From an uncultured Rhizobiaceae bacterium (GTDB lineage: Bacteria > Pseudomonadota > Alphaproteobacteria > Rhizobiales > Aestuariivirgaceae): a DNA stretch of 64,000 bases. The stretch is taken from positions 11,276-75,275 of the forward strand of contig CAZIXE010000010.1 of NCBI GenBank assembly GCA_964543235.1. The letters are read 5' to 3'. Below are positions 42,760-51,741 of this stretch, one piece after another. A model generated the notes under the pieces. It did not search any database, had not been told where the DNA came from, and saw nothing but the letters and a program-made list of their open reading frames with translations. The translations under genes and the position numbers were made by a program. Each line of letters begins with the position of its first letter. Within the stretch, counting starts at the first letter, position 1.

Positions 42760-43980
42760 ATGGACTCGCTGATCACCGCGGCGGCGCGCGCGCTGGCCGC
42801 CGGCGATCCGCTGGGCGCGCTCAACCGCGTGGCGCTGCGCGAGGATGCCCCCGCCCTGGCGCTGCGCGGCATTGCCATGGCGCAGCTTGGCGATCTGGCA
42901 CTGGCCCGCGCGCTGCTCAGGCGCGCCGCGCAGCGTTTTGCCCCGAAGGAGGTGGTGGCCCGCGCCCGCTGCACGGTCGCCGCGGCCGAGATCGCCCTTG
43001 CCTCGCGCGATCTGGGCTTCGCCAGCGCGGCGCTGGAAGCGGCGCGCGCCACCCTCGCCGCGCAGGGCGATGCCGTCAACGCCGCCCATGCCGGGCTCAT
43101 CGCCGCGCGGCGCCTCCTGCTTTTGGGCCGCCTGGCCGCGGCCGCGCGCGAGCTTGCCATGCTTGATCCAGGAGCACTGCCGCCGGCGCTGCGGGCCGCC
43201 TATGAACTGGCGGTGGCCGGAATTGCCATGCGACGGCTCACCATGGCGCCCGCCCGCGCCGCGCTGGCCCGCGCCCACGCCGCCGCCGGCGCGGCCGGGA
43301 TCGCTGCCCTGCTGGCCGAGGTCGACGCCGCCGAACGCCTCCTTGCTGCGCCCGCCGCCCGCCGCATCGGCCCGGACGGCGAGCGGCTGCTCACCCTGGC
43401 CGAGGCGGAGGAACTGCTGGCCGCGGACGGCTTCATCGTCGATGCCATCCGCCATACCGTGCGGCTGCGGCACGCCGTGGTCCCGCTCGCCGGCCGGCCG
43501 GTGCTGTTCGCTCTCGTCCGCGCCCTCGCCGAGGCCTGGCCGGGCGATGCGCCGCGCGACAAGCTGCTGGCCCGCGTCTTCCGGGCCCGCCAGGCCGATG
43601 AGTCGCACCGCCAGCGGCTGCGTGTCGAAATCGGCCGGCTGCGCTCCGCCCTGCGTGGCCTGGCCCATGTCGGCGCAACGCGGCGGGGCTTCGCGCTGAT
43701 GCCGGCCGCCGGCCGCCCCGTCCTGGTACTGGCCCGCCCGGTCGAGGAGCACCATGCCGCCGTGCTCGCCCTGCTGAGCGATGGCGAGTCCTGGTCGAGC
43801 TCGGGCCTGGCGCTGGCCATGGGGCTGAGCCAGCGCAGCCTGCAGCGCGCCCTTGACGAGCTGGCCCGCCACGGCAAGGTGCAGGCCCTGGGCCGCGGCC
43901 GGGCCCGCCGCTGGATGATGCCGCCGCTTCCCGGATTCGCGACACCCTTGTTACTCCCCGCGCCGCTTCCCGGCGACTAG
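42760..43980 (+). CDS. Ala/Leu-rich protein with winged-helix (OmpR-like) and C-terminal HTH segments, putative regulator
   Basis: 406 aa. The N-terminus is a TPR-like helical region. A central trans_reg_C-like segment follows (VPLAGRPVLFALVRALAEAWPGDAPRDKLLARVF...). The C-terminus is HTH-like (LAMGLSQRSLQRALDEL). The family call is tentative. Confidence 0.5.
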   Translation: MDSLITAAARALAAGDPLGALNRVALREDAPALALRGIAMAQLGDLALARALLRRAAQRFAPKEVVARARCTVAAAEIALASRDLGFASAALEAARATLAAQGDAVNAAHAGLIAARRLLLLGRLAAAARELAMLDPGALPPALRAAYELAVAGIAMRRLTMAPARAALARAHAAAGAAGIAALLAEVDAAERLLAAPAARRIGPDGERLLTLAEAEELLAADGFIVDAIRHTVRLRHAVVPLAGRPVLFALVRALAEAWPGDAPRDKLLARVFRARQADESHRQRLRVEIGRLRSALRGLAHVGATRRGFALMPAAGRPVLVLARPVEEHHAAVLALLSDGESWSSSGLALAMGLSQRSLQRALDELARHGKVQALGRGRARRWMMPPLPGFATPLLLPAPLPGD

Positions 43981-43989
43981 GATCGGCCC

Positions 43990-44625
43990 ATGCAGCCAAG
44001 TGAAGCCGAAATCATCCGCGAATACGGTCCCTTTCCCGGCATCGAGTCGGTAGCGGGCGTCAGCCATGACGGAAACCTGGTGTGGTTTGCCTCCGGCGAC
44101 CGGTTGAATGCGCTTGACCCGGCAACGGGCGAGATCGTGCGCGTGCTCCATGTGGCAGGCCATGCCGGCACCGCCTTCGACGGCAAGCACCTGTTCCAGA
44201 TCGCCGAGAACCGGATCGACAAGATCGATCCTGCCACCGGCACAGTGCTGGCCTCGATCCCCGCACCCGGCGGCGGCGCTGACTCCGGCATGGCCTGGGC
44301 CGAGGGCACGCTGTGGGTCGGCCAGTACCGGGAGCGCAAGATCCACCAGATCGATCCCGAAACCGGTGCCATCCTGCGCACCATCGAATCGAACCGCTTC
44401 GTCACCGGTGTAACCTGGGTCGACGGCGAACTCTGGCACGGCACCTGGGAAGGCGAGGAGAGCGAGTTGCGCCGCATCGATCCCGCAACCGGTGCGGTAC
44501 GCGAACGCCTGGCGCTGCCGCAGGGTGTCGGCGTCTCGGGCCTTGAATCGGATGGCGGTGACATTTTCTATTGTGGCGGCGGCCCCAGCGGCAAGGTGCG
44601 GGCGGTGCGGCGGCCGCGGCGGTGA
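43990..44625 (+). CDS. beta-propeller repeat protein (glutaminyl-cyclase-like)
   Basis: 211 aa with a recurring unit (IDPATG.V...) four times, as in small propeller proteins. The family call is tentative. Confidence 0.55.
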   Translation: MQPSEAEIIREYGPFPGIESVAGVSHDGNLVWFASGDRLNALDPATGEIVRVLHVAGHAGTAFDGKHLFQIAENRIDKIDPATGTVLASIPAPGGGADSGMAWAEGTLWVGQYRERKIHQIDPETGAILRTIESNRFVTGVTWVDGELWHGTWEGEESELRRIDPATGAVRERLALPQGVGVSGLESDGGDIFYCGGGPSGKVRAVRRPRR

Positions 44626-44632
44626 TGGTGCC

Positions 44633-45064
44633 CTACGCCACCCACTTCATGATGTGTTCCAGGACCGCCACCGTCTCGCCCGCCTGGTTGGTGATCGCCA
44701 CATCGGCGACCGTGCGCCGTCGGGCTGCGTCGACCGAGCGGATCGTGTAGGTGAGGGCCACCGTATCGCCGATGAACACCGGCTTCAGAAACCGGATGCG
44801 GTCATAGCCGAGCGAAACGGGCACCGCGCCGTCCGCGGCCGGCGGCGACTGTTCGAGAATCATTGTCGAACAGCGCGAGGCATAGGCGACGAGCAGCGCG
44901 CCATGGGCGATCCGCTGCTTGTAGGGCGTCCGCGCCATATAGGATGCGTCCACATGGTTGGGGGCGAAATCCCCGGAGATCCCGGCAAACAGATAGACGT
45001 CGCTCTCTGCCACGGTCTTGCTGAACTTCACGGATTGTCCGGCCTTGAGCGGTACAGGCGACAT
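44633..45064 (-). CDS. MaoC-like (R)-hydratase / hot-dog fold protein
   Basis: 143 aa from ATG 45064 with the hydratase motif (ISGDFAPNHVD...IAHG). The upstream extension in the track is rejected. Confidence 0.8.
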   Translation of the reverse strand: MSPVPLKAGQSVKFSKTVAESDVYLFAGISGDFAPNHVDASYMARTPYKQRIAHGALLVAYASRCSTMILEQSPPAADGAVPVSLGYDRIRFLKPVFIGDTVALTYTIRSVDAARRRTVADVAITNQAGETVAVLEHIMKWVA

Positions 45065-45193
45065 GATCGCTCTCCTGAAACACAAGCAACAATTGAAACA
45101 CTTTCCTCTCATGAAAGAAAGCGTAGCGAAATGAAACTGGCGTAACGATTTGCGGTCAGGGAGGCGGCGGATGCAGATGCGGAGGAACCATCC

Positions 45194-45421
45194 ATGTCGA
45201 AGCTGCCCAACACGCCGGCCACCAGCGAAGCCCTGGCGGATTTCATTGGCCTGATCCTGGACGAGACGCGCAGCGCCCTGCGCCGTGCCGCAGCCCGCCG
45301 CCGCAACCGCCGCTTGCTGCAGCATCTTCCCGACCGGCAGCTGCGCGACATCGGCCTGAGCCGCGACAGCCTCCCCGCGACCTTCCTCAACCCGGTGCGC
45401 CGCTACCACAGCGATCTGTGA
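45194..45421 (+). CDS. DUF1127-domain small protein
   Basis: 75 aa. ATG follows GGAGGA. The characteristic LPDRQLRDIGLSR motif is present. Confidence 0.75.
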   Translation: MSKLPNTPATSEALADFIGLILDETRSALRRAAARRRNRRLLQHLPDRQLRDIGLSRDSLPATFLNPVRRYHSDL

Positions 45422-45512
45422 CAGCAGGCTTTCGCTAGATCACGACGACATTGACGGAGCCGTCAAAAGTCATGAACGCGACCGTCGCTCATATGCCGGT
45501 GCATGATGTCAT

Positions 45513-45536
45513 CGCCAAAGTGAGTCCACTTTGGCG
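45513..45536. terminator. 10-bp perfect hairpin between convergent genes
   Basis: CGCCAAAGTG, loop AGTC, then CACTTTGGCG. It lies between the DUF1127 stop and the GNAT stop. There is no strong U-tract. Confidence 0.4.
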
Positions 45537-45544
45537 CATCATGA

Positions 45545-46081
45545 CTAGGCCGTGGCCCTGAGCTGTTCGGAGGCCGCCGTGTCAAGGCTACCCGCTGCTG
45601 CCACCATCCCGGTGGCGCCGGCCAGCGCACCGGCCCGCAATTCGAGGCCGAGGAAGCGGTGGCGCTCCACCGGTCCCGGCAGCGCCAGTCCCGCGACGGC
45701 CGCCGGCGCGAAGCCGAAGCGCCGGTAATAGGCGAGATCGCCCACCAGCATGATCGCCGCATGGCCGCGCCGACGGGCGGCGGCAATGGCATGTTCGATG
45801 AGCGCCCGGCCGATGCCGCGGTTGCGGTGGCTGTGCGCGACGGCCACCGGCCCCAGCAGCAGCGCACGCCCGGCATTGCCGGCGACGACATCCCACAGCC
45901 GGATGGTGCCGATCAGCTGGCCGTCCTCAGCGGTGGCGGCAAAGGCGAGCCCCGCAGATGGCAGCCGGCCATCACGCAGCCGCTGCGACGTCTTGCGCCG
46001 GCGCCGCCTGCCGAAGGCGCGGTCGAGCAGGGCTTCGCGCGCCATCGCGTCGCCGGGCAATTCGGGGCGAATGGTGACCAT
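45545..46081 (-). CDS. GNAT-family N-acetyltransferase
   Basis: 178 aa from ATG 46081 with the acetyl-CoA motif (VAHSHRNRGIGRALI). Confidence 0.8.
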   Translation of the reverse strand: MVTIRPELPGDAMAREALLDRAFGRRRRRKTSQRLRDGRLPSAGLAFAATAEDGQLIGTIRLWDVVAGNAGRALLLGPVAVAHSHRNRGIGRALIEHAIAAARRRGHAAIMLVGDLAYYRRFGFAPAAVAGLALPGPVERHRFLGLELRAGALAGATGMVAAAGSLDTAASEQLRATA

Positions 46082-46119
46082 CGGGGCCTCCATGGCAACG
46101 CAGGATCGCCGCGCGAGGC

Positions 46120-47253
46120 TCAGATGACGTAGGCCTTGAGCGGCGCAAAGCCGTTGAAGGCCACCGACGCATAGGTCGTCGTGTAGGCGCCGGCCGCCTC
46201 GATCAGCACCTCATCGCCGACCGTCAGGCTGAGTGGCAGGTCATAGGGCGTGCGTTCGTACAGCACATCCGCCGAATCGCAGGTGGGCCCCGCCACCACG
46301 CAGGGGCCTCTGGCCTCGCGATCGCGCGCCGTCACCAGGGGATAGCGGATCGCTTCCTCCATGGTCTCGGCGAGGCCGCCGAACTTGCCGATATCGAGAT
46401 AGACCCAGCGCAGCGTATCACCGGCATGCTTCTTGGCGACCAGTACGACTTCCGCTTTGATCACCCCGGCATTGCCGACCATGCCGCGGCCCGGCTCGAT
46501 GATGGTCTCGGGGATGGCATTGCCGAAATGCCTGGCGAGCGCCCCGTGGATGGCATTGGCATAGGTGCCGGTGGCCGGCACGTCCTTGAGATAGCGCGCC
46601 GGGAAGCCGCCGCCGAGATTGACCATCTGCAGGTTGATGCCGCGCGCGGCCAGTGTGCGGAAAATCGCCGCCGACTGGGCCAGCGCCGCGTCCCAGGCCT
46701 CGAGGCGGGTCTGCTGCGAACCGACATGGAAGGAAATGCCATAGGCGTTGAGGCCCAGGCCGTGAGCGCGCTCGAGCACCTCGATCGCCATCACCGGATC
46801 GCAGCCGAACTTGCGCGACAGCGGCCATTCCGCCCCTTCGCCATCGGTCAGGATGCGGCAGAACACCCGTGCCCCCGGTGCCGCGCGGGCGACCTTCTCG
46901 ACCTCCTCCACGGAGTCGACGGCAAACAGCGTGACACCGAGCTGATGGGCGCGCGCGATGTCGCGCTCCTTCTTGATGGTGTTGCCGAAGGAGATGCGCT
47001 CGGGCGTGGCGCCGGCAGTGAGCGCCATCTCGATCTCCGGCACCGAGGCGGTATCGAAGCATGAGCCGAGCCCGGCCAGCAGGGAGAGGATCTCCGGTGC
47101 CGGGTTGGCCTTGACCGCGTAGAAGATGCGGGTCGCCGGCATGGCGCGGGCGAAGGCGAGATAATTGTCGCGCACCACATCGAGGTCGACGACGAGGCAG
47201 GGCCCCTCGGGACGTCGGGTGCGGAGGAACTCGAGAATGCGTGGCGTGGCCAT
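46120..47253 (-). CDS. ornithine (or lysine/ornithine) decarboxylase, group IV PLP-dependent
   Basis: 377 aa from ATG 47253. The PLP Lys motif FYAVKAN, the GG..GGGF glycine loop and the C-terminal CDS motif (GPTCDSADV) are present. Confidence 0.85.
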   Translation of the reverse strand: MATPRILEFLRTRRPEGPCLVVDLDVVRDNYLAFARAMPATRIFYAVKANPAPEILSLLAGLGSCFDTASVPEIEMALTAGATPERISFGNTIKKERDIARAHQLGVTLFAVDSVEEVEKVARAAPGARVFCRILTDGEGAEWPLSRKFGCDPVMAIEVLERAHGLGLNAYGISFHVGSQQTRLEAWDAALAQSAAIFRTLAARGINLQMVNLGGGFPARYLKDVPATGTYANAIHGALARHFGNAIPETIIEPGRGMVGNAGVIKAEVVLVAKKHAGDTLRWVYLDIGKFGGLAETMEEAIRYPLVTARDREARGPCVVAGPTCDSADVLYERTPYDLPLSLTVGDEVLIEAAGAYTTTYASVAFNGFAPLKAYVI

Positions 47254-47648
47254 GGACAAGACTCCCGTCTTCAAGCGGTTTGGTTGAGCCGGATGCCTTG
47301 GCGCGCCATGGGATGGAGCCATGGCGGCGCGTCAACAACCGGCCTGTCTTCTGCCTTGGCTTGATTGGGAGACCCAACCGCACTTCCGGCAATGATAGTG
47401 AAGCCTCTTCAGTAACGCCGGCCTTTGGAGGAACCGGCTGAGACCAACAAGGCCCGCACCGTCGTTGCTTGGTGGCGTCCACGATGTCCCGGTTGGACCA
47501 CCGCTTCCAGTTGCCTGGTGTACCGTCCCGGATTTCCCGGGGGACGCTCCTGTGGCACGTGCGACTTTGGGCGCGCGTGATATGAGTGATTCATGTGTCG
47601 CAATCAAGACGAAATCGCGGGCTGTGCAAAATTTTTCGTTAACGGCAG
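47254..47648 (-). promoter_or_regulatory. long 5' leader of the decarboxylase gene (candidate speF-type RNA element)
   Basis: A ~395-nt gap with no credible ORF and several helices. A leader motif is known upstream of alphaproteobacterial ornithine decarboxylase genes, but I could not align the consensus by eye. Confidence 0.4.
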
Positions 47649-48266
47649 TTAATCTTTGCGCGCGCCGAAAGTGGACCAGCCATGCACGAGCCGGGTCGCG
47701 GTGGTGATCGCGCACATCGCTGCATAGACACAGGCGATGGCCGCGAAGTGCTGCGGCCACAGGCACATGGCGGCAAAACACAGGACGGTTTCGGTGCCCT
47801 CGGTCAGACCGCCCAGATAGTAGAAGGACTTGTTGGGATAGGCGGTGCTCCTCAGCCCGCGCTTTTCAGCCATCACCGCAAAGGCGAGAAAGGTCGTGCC
47901 GGTGGCCACGAAGGCGGCAAGCAGCGTGGCCGCCGCCAGCGCATTGGCAGCCGGATCGAGGACCGCAAAGCTCAAGGGGATCGCCGCGTAGAAGACGAAG
48001 TCGAGGCCGATGTCGAGAAAGGCGCCGCGATCGCTCGGCGTGCCGAGCCGCGCCACCGCGCCGTCAATGCCGTCGAGCGCCCGTCCCGCCAGCAGTGGGG
48101 CCAGGGCAAGCCACGTCGCACCCGCAGCGACGAGTGCGGCGGCGGCGACGCCGAGTCCGAAGCTCGCATAGGTTACCGTATCCGCCGTAACGCCGCGGCG
48201 CACCAGCAGCCGCGCCGCGGCCTCGATCGCCGGCGCACAGAGCTTGAGGACGAACCGGTCAAGCAT
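47649..48266 (-). CDS. CDP-alcohol phosphatidyltransferase family protein (YnjF-like)
   Basis: 205 aa, polytopic, with the DG(x)2AR...G(x)3D(x)3D motif (DGIDGAVARLGTPSDRGAFLDIGLD). The start overlaps the upstream stop by 8 nt. Confidence 0.8.
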   Translation of the reverse strand: MLDRFVLKLCAPAIEAAARLLVRRGVTADTVTYASFGLGVAAAALVAAGATWLALAPLLAGRALDGIDGAVARLGTPSDRGAFLDIGLDFVFYAAIPLSFAVLDPAANALAAATLLAAFVATGTTFLAFAVMAEKRGLRSTAYPNKSFYYLGGLTEGTETVLCFAAMCLWPQHFAAIACVYAAMCAITTATRLVHGWSTFGARKD

Positions 48267-48906
48267 GTCTCACCTTACCACCGCGCTCGATGTGGAACAC
48301 GCGTCCCTTGGGCGGCGCATCGCCGGCATCATGGGTGACAAGGAGAGCGGGAATGCCCTGCGCCGCGATCCGCGCGAAGGTGTATTTGCGGATGCTGGCC
48401 CGCAGCGGCGCATCGAGCTTGGCGAAGGGTTCATCGAGCAGGATGGCCCGTGGCTCGGCGAGCAGCGCCCGCAACAGGGCAATGCGCGCGCGCTGCCCGC
48501 CCGACAGCGTGTGCGGCAGGCGCGCCGCAAAGGCTTCGAGTTCCGCGTCCTCGAGGGCCGCACGTGCCCTGGCTTCGCGCGCCTGGCGGTCGCCGCGTGC
48601 CATGCCGAACAGCAGATTGCCCAGCACCGTGAGATGCGGAAACAGCAGGTCGTCCTGGAACAGCCGCCCGATGTGCCGGGCTTCCGGCGGCAGATGCAGG
48701 ATGTCGGCGCCGTCGAGCGTCACGCGGCCCTGGGCCCTGAGCGGCGGCGGCAGATCGCCGGCGATAAAGGCGAGGAGGCTCGACTTGCCGCTGCCGCTCG
48801 CACCCATCAGCGTCACCGTCTCGCCCCGGTCGATCGTTACGCTGAAGCGCTCGACCAACCATGTGGCGCCCAGCCCGATGCTGACCTGGTCGAGGACGAG
48901 GCTCAC
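48259..48906 (-). CDS. ABC transporter ATP-binding protein (YnjD-like)
   Basis: 215 aa from GTG 48906 (GTGA overlap with the permease stop). Walker A GASGSGKSS, signature SGGQRAR and Walker B LLDEP are present. Confidence 0.8.
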   Translation of the reverse strand: MSLVLDQVSIGLGATWLVERFSVTIDRGETVTLMGASGSGKSSLLAFIAGDLPPPLRAQGRVTLDGADILHLPPEARHIGRLFQDDLLFPHLTVLGNLLFGMARGDRQAREARARAALEDAELEAFAARLPHTLSGGQRARIALLRALLAEPRAILLDEPFAKLDAPLRASIRKYTFARIAAQGIPALLVTHDAGDAPPKGRVFHIERGGKVRHA

Positions 48907-50534
48907 GCGGCGGTCCACCTGACATGGCTGAGGCGCTGTGCCAGCAGGAAACCCAGCGCTGCCGGGAGCGTGAGGCCCAGCGCATAAGCCGCCAGCAGCG
49001 GCCGGTTGCCGCCGCTCGCCAGTGTGACTGCCGCCACCGGCAGTGTCATGACGCGGCCCGCGCCGAGCAGCTGGCTCGGCAGGTATTGTACCAGACTGAC
49101 CGCAAAGCCTACCGCCGCCGCTGCGGCCAGTGCCGGCTGCATGAGCGGCCGCTTGACCTGGAGCCAGAATCGCCAGCCGCTGCAGTTGAGGCCGAAACTC
49201 ACCGATCGGAACCGCGAGTCGAAGGCGCGGTAGGGTCCGATCAGCACGATCAGCACATAGGCAAATACCGGTACCAGATGGCCGAGATAGACCCCGGCCA
49301 TCGAACCTGCGAGGCCAAGCTGCAGGAACAAGGCATATTGGCCGCCAACCAGGGTGATCTGCGGCACCAAGACGGCGAGGATCGCCGCGCCGGCGAGCCA
49401 GCGGTCGAAGCGCTGTGGGAAGGCTTCGAGCCACATGAGTGCCAGCAGCATCGCCGCCGCCATACTGGCCAGTGCCAGCCACAGGCTGTTGAGCAGGACC
49501 TCCGGCGCTGCCAGCATTTGTCCCCAGGCTTTGAGATGGAAGAGCGTGGGTACGAGATCGGGAAACGGCCAGCGTGCGGAGAACGACATCAGCACCAGCA
49601 CCGCAAAGACCGCCCCGTAGATGAGGACGAAGCCGGCCCGGCAGATTGTCGCCGCCGCTGCAAGCACGGCACGGCCGCCACGAGCCGGACCCGATGTCAT
49701 GAATCTGTCGAGGATGGGCCTCAATAGATGCACCAGCGCCGGCACCGCCATGGCGATCATCAACAGCACGCCGGCGAGCAGCAGCGCCGCCGCTGATCCG
49801 CGCGCATTGATGGCGAGCTCGGCATCGTTGAGATCGGCCCAGGCGATGACGGCAAGCGTCGGCGGCTGCGTGGGGCCATTGACCAGCGCCATGTCGACGA
49901 CGCTCGCGCCATAGATCCAGACGACCGCCAGCGGCCATCGGAGCCGGTGCAGGATCTGCGGCACCAGCACCCGGCACCACACCGACAATGGCCCGTGTCC
50001 GAGGCTGCGTGCCATGCGCCACTGCTGTTCGAAGGCCTGGGCCGTATCGCCGCGGGCCAGCTGGGCCCATATGCTCCAAACCAGGAACGGCGTCTCCTTG
50101 AGGACGAGCGCCGCGGTCAGCGAGATGCCGTGCGGATCCTGCGACAGCACCCAGTCCGGCGGCACCTGCCAGCCGGTAATCGCCTGGGCCATGAGCCGCG
50201 CCAGGACGCCGCTCGGCAACAGCAGAAACACCAGTCCGATGGTGAAGGCCAGGTGCGGAACGGCGAGAAACGCCGCGCTGGCCCGTGCCAGGCGCATCCA
50301 GCTACGCGTGCCGTAGGAGCCTGCTATGATCACCAGCGCCAGGGTCAGGGACAGGACAAGCGCCGCACTGCCTGTGCCAAGCGCCAGGGTCAGGGCGCCG
50401 GCCAGCTGCGGATGGGCGAACAGCGATCGCCAGGCCTCTGCATCGCCTGCCGGCGGCAGGCTGAAGGCGAGGCTGAACGCCAGCGGCAGGCCCCAGGTCA
50501 GACCGATCAGGCCGGCGGTTAGGCCTCTGAACAA
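48903..50534 (-). CDS. ABC transporter permease, double-domain (YnjC-like)
   Basis: Polytopic two-module permease. The track ORF begins at 50636, which would overlap the SBP gene by 95 nt. TTG at 50534, just after the SBP stop, is proposed instead. The start is uncertain. Confidence 0.7.
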   Translation of the reverse strand: MFRGLTAGLIGLTWGLPLAFSLAFSLPPAGDAEAWRSLFAHPQLAGALTLALGTGSAALVLSLTLALVIIAGSYGTRSWMRLARASAAFLAVPHLAFTIGLVFLLLPSGVLARLMAQAITGWQVPPDWVLSQDPHGISLTAALVLKETPFLVWSIWAQLARGDTAQAFEQQWRMARSLGHGPLSVWCRVLVPQILHRLRWPLAVVWIYGASVVDMALVNGPTQPPTLAVIAWADLNDAELAINARGSAAALLLAGVLLMIAMAVPALVHLLRPILDRFMTSGPARGGRAVLAAAATICRAGFVLIYGAVFAVLVLMSFSARWPFPDLVPTLFHLKAWGQMLAAPEVLLNSLWLALASMAAAMLLALMWLEAFPQRFDRWLAGAAILAVLVPQITLVGGQYALFLQLGLAGSMAGVYLGHLVPVFAYVLIVLIGPYRAFDSRFRSVSFGLNCSGWRFWLQVKRPLMQPALAAAAAVGFAVSLVQYLPSQLLGAGRVMTLPVAAVTLASGGNRPLLAAYALGLTLPAALGFLLAQRLSHVRWTAA

Positions 50535-50541
50535 GGCCGCC

Positions 50542-51741
50542 CTAGCCGCCGTAGCGTTCCAGCCAGGCGGCCTCGATGAGCGGCACCCAGCTGGCGTGCG
50601 GTTCCGGTAACGCCGGGCCGCCGATGACGACGCCACCTGCCACCTTGGTCTTGCCGAACATCGCCCGCTCGGCAGGCGTCAGCTTGGCCAGTGCAAGCAC
50701 GGTGGGGTCGCCCCAGATCTTGAGGTCGGCTTTGCGCGCCTGAGCCTCCGGCGACAGCAGGAAGTTGGCCGCGACCTGGGCGCCCTCTGTGGCCCGGGCG
50801 TTGACCGGGATGGCGAGGAAATGCGTATTGCCAATGGTGCCGCGCTGGTGCTGCCAGGCGATTGTCGTGGCGGGCAGCTCGCCATTGGCCACCAGATTTG
50901 CCGGCTCGTTGGGATTGAAGGTCAGCGCCATCACCAGTTCGCCGTCGGCCAGCATCTGTTTCACCTGCGCCTGCGACGGCGGAAACTGCTTGCCCTCCCG
51001 CCACAGCCACGGGTGCATGGCATCGAGCAGGTCCCAGAGCGGCACGCTGATGCGCGCAAATTCCTCCGCCGACACGGCAAGCTGCAGGATGTCGGGCTGT
51101 TCGACCGACTCGATCAGCGCCTGCTTCACGAACGTCGTGCCGTGAAAATCGGGCGGCGCCGGGTAGGTGACGCGGCCCTTGTTGGCATTGGCAAAACTCA
51201 CCAGCTCGACCATGCTCATGGGCGGATTTGCCAGCTTGCTGCCGTCGCCGAAGAAGGTCAGCTGCGCCATGCCCCAGGGGCTTTCCAGCCCCTCAGTGGC
51301 CTCCGCGAAATCGACCAGTGTGGTCGGTTTGCCCTCGGTATCGACATAGGTGAAATTGGGCAGATCGAAGGCGAAGGGACCGAACAGCAGCCTTTCCGCC
51401 TTCATGGCACGGAAGTTCTCGCCATTGATCCAGACCAGATCGACCGAGCCCTGGGTCTGGCCGGCCTTGACCTCGTCCCGCACCCGCCGGACGACTTCGG
51501 CGGTGTCGGCGATCTTCACATGCTGCAGCGTGACGTCGTAGCGCCGCCGCAGTTCCTCGCCCGCCCAGGCAATGTAGGCGTTGATCGTATCCGACCCGGC
51601 CCATGCGTTGAAATAGACGGTCTGGCCCCGGGCGGCCGCCTCGATGACCGGCCAGCTGCCGGTTTCCGCCGGCGCTGCCACCGCCCCGCCAAGCGCGGCT
51701 GCGCCGGACCCGGCAAGAAAACGGCGTCGACTCAATCTCAT
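50542..51741 (-). CDS. ABC transporter substrate-binding protein with Tat-type signal (YnjB-like)
   Basis: 399 aa with an MRLSRRRFLAGSGAAALGG signal and an SBP fold (YFNAWAGSD..., VDLVWINGENF). Confidence 0.8.
   Translation of the reverse strand: MRLSRRRFLAGSGAAALGGAVAAPAETGSWPVIEAAARGQTVYFNAWAGSDTINAYIAWAGEELRRRYDVTLQHVKIADTAEVVRRVRDEVKAGQTQGSVDLVWINGENFRAMKAERLLFGPFAFDLPNFTYVDTEGKPTTLVDFAEATEGLESPWGMAQLTFFGDGSKLANPPMSMVELVSFANANKGRVTYPAPPDFHGTTFVKQALIESVEQPDILQLAVSAEEFARISVPLWDLLDAMHPWLWREGKQFPPSQAQVKQMLADGELVMALTFNPNEPANLVANGELPATTIAWQHQRGTIGNTHFLAIPVNARATEGAQVAANFLLSPEAQARKADLKIWGDPTVLALAKLTPAERAMFGKTKVAGGVVIGGPALPEPHASWVPLIEAAWLERYGG

Noticed and set aside
48907-50079. Upstream extension of the ynjD-like ATPase frame (the track ORF is 606 aa)
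   Set aside because: The extension overlaps the permease gene and has non-protein-like composition. The ATPase domain starts at GTG 48906.
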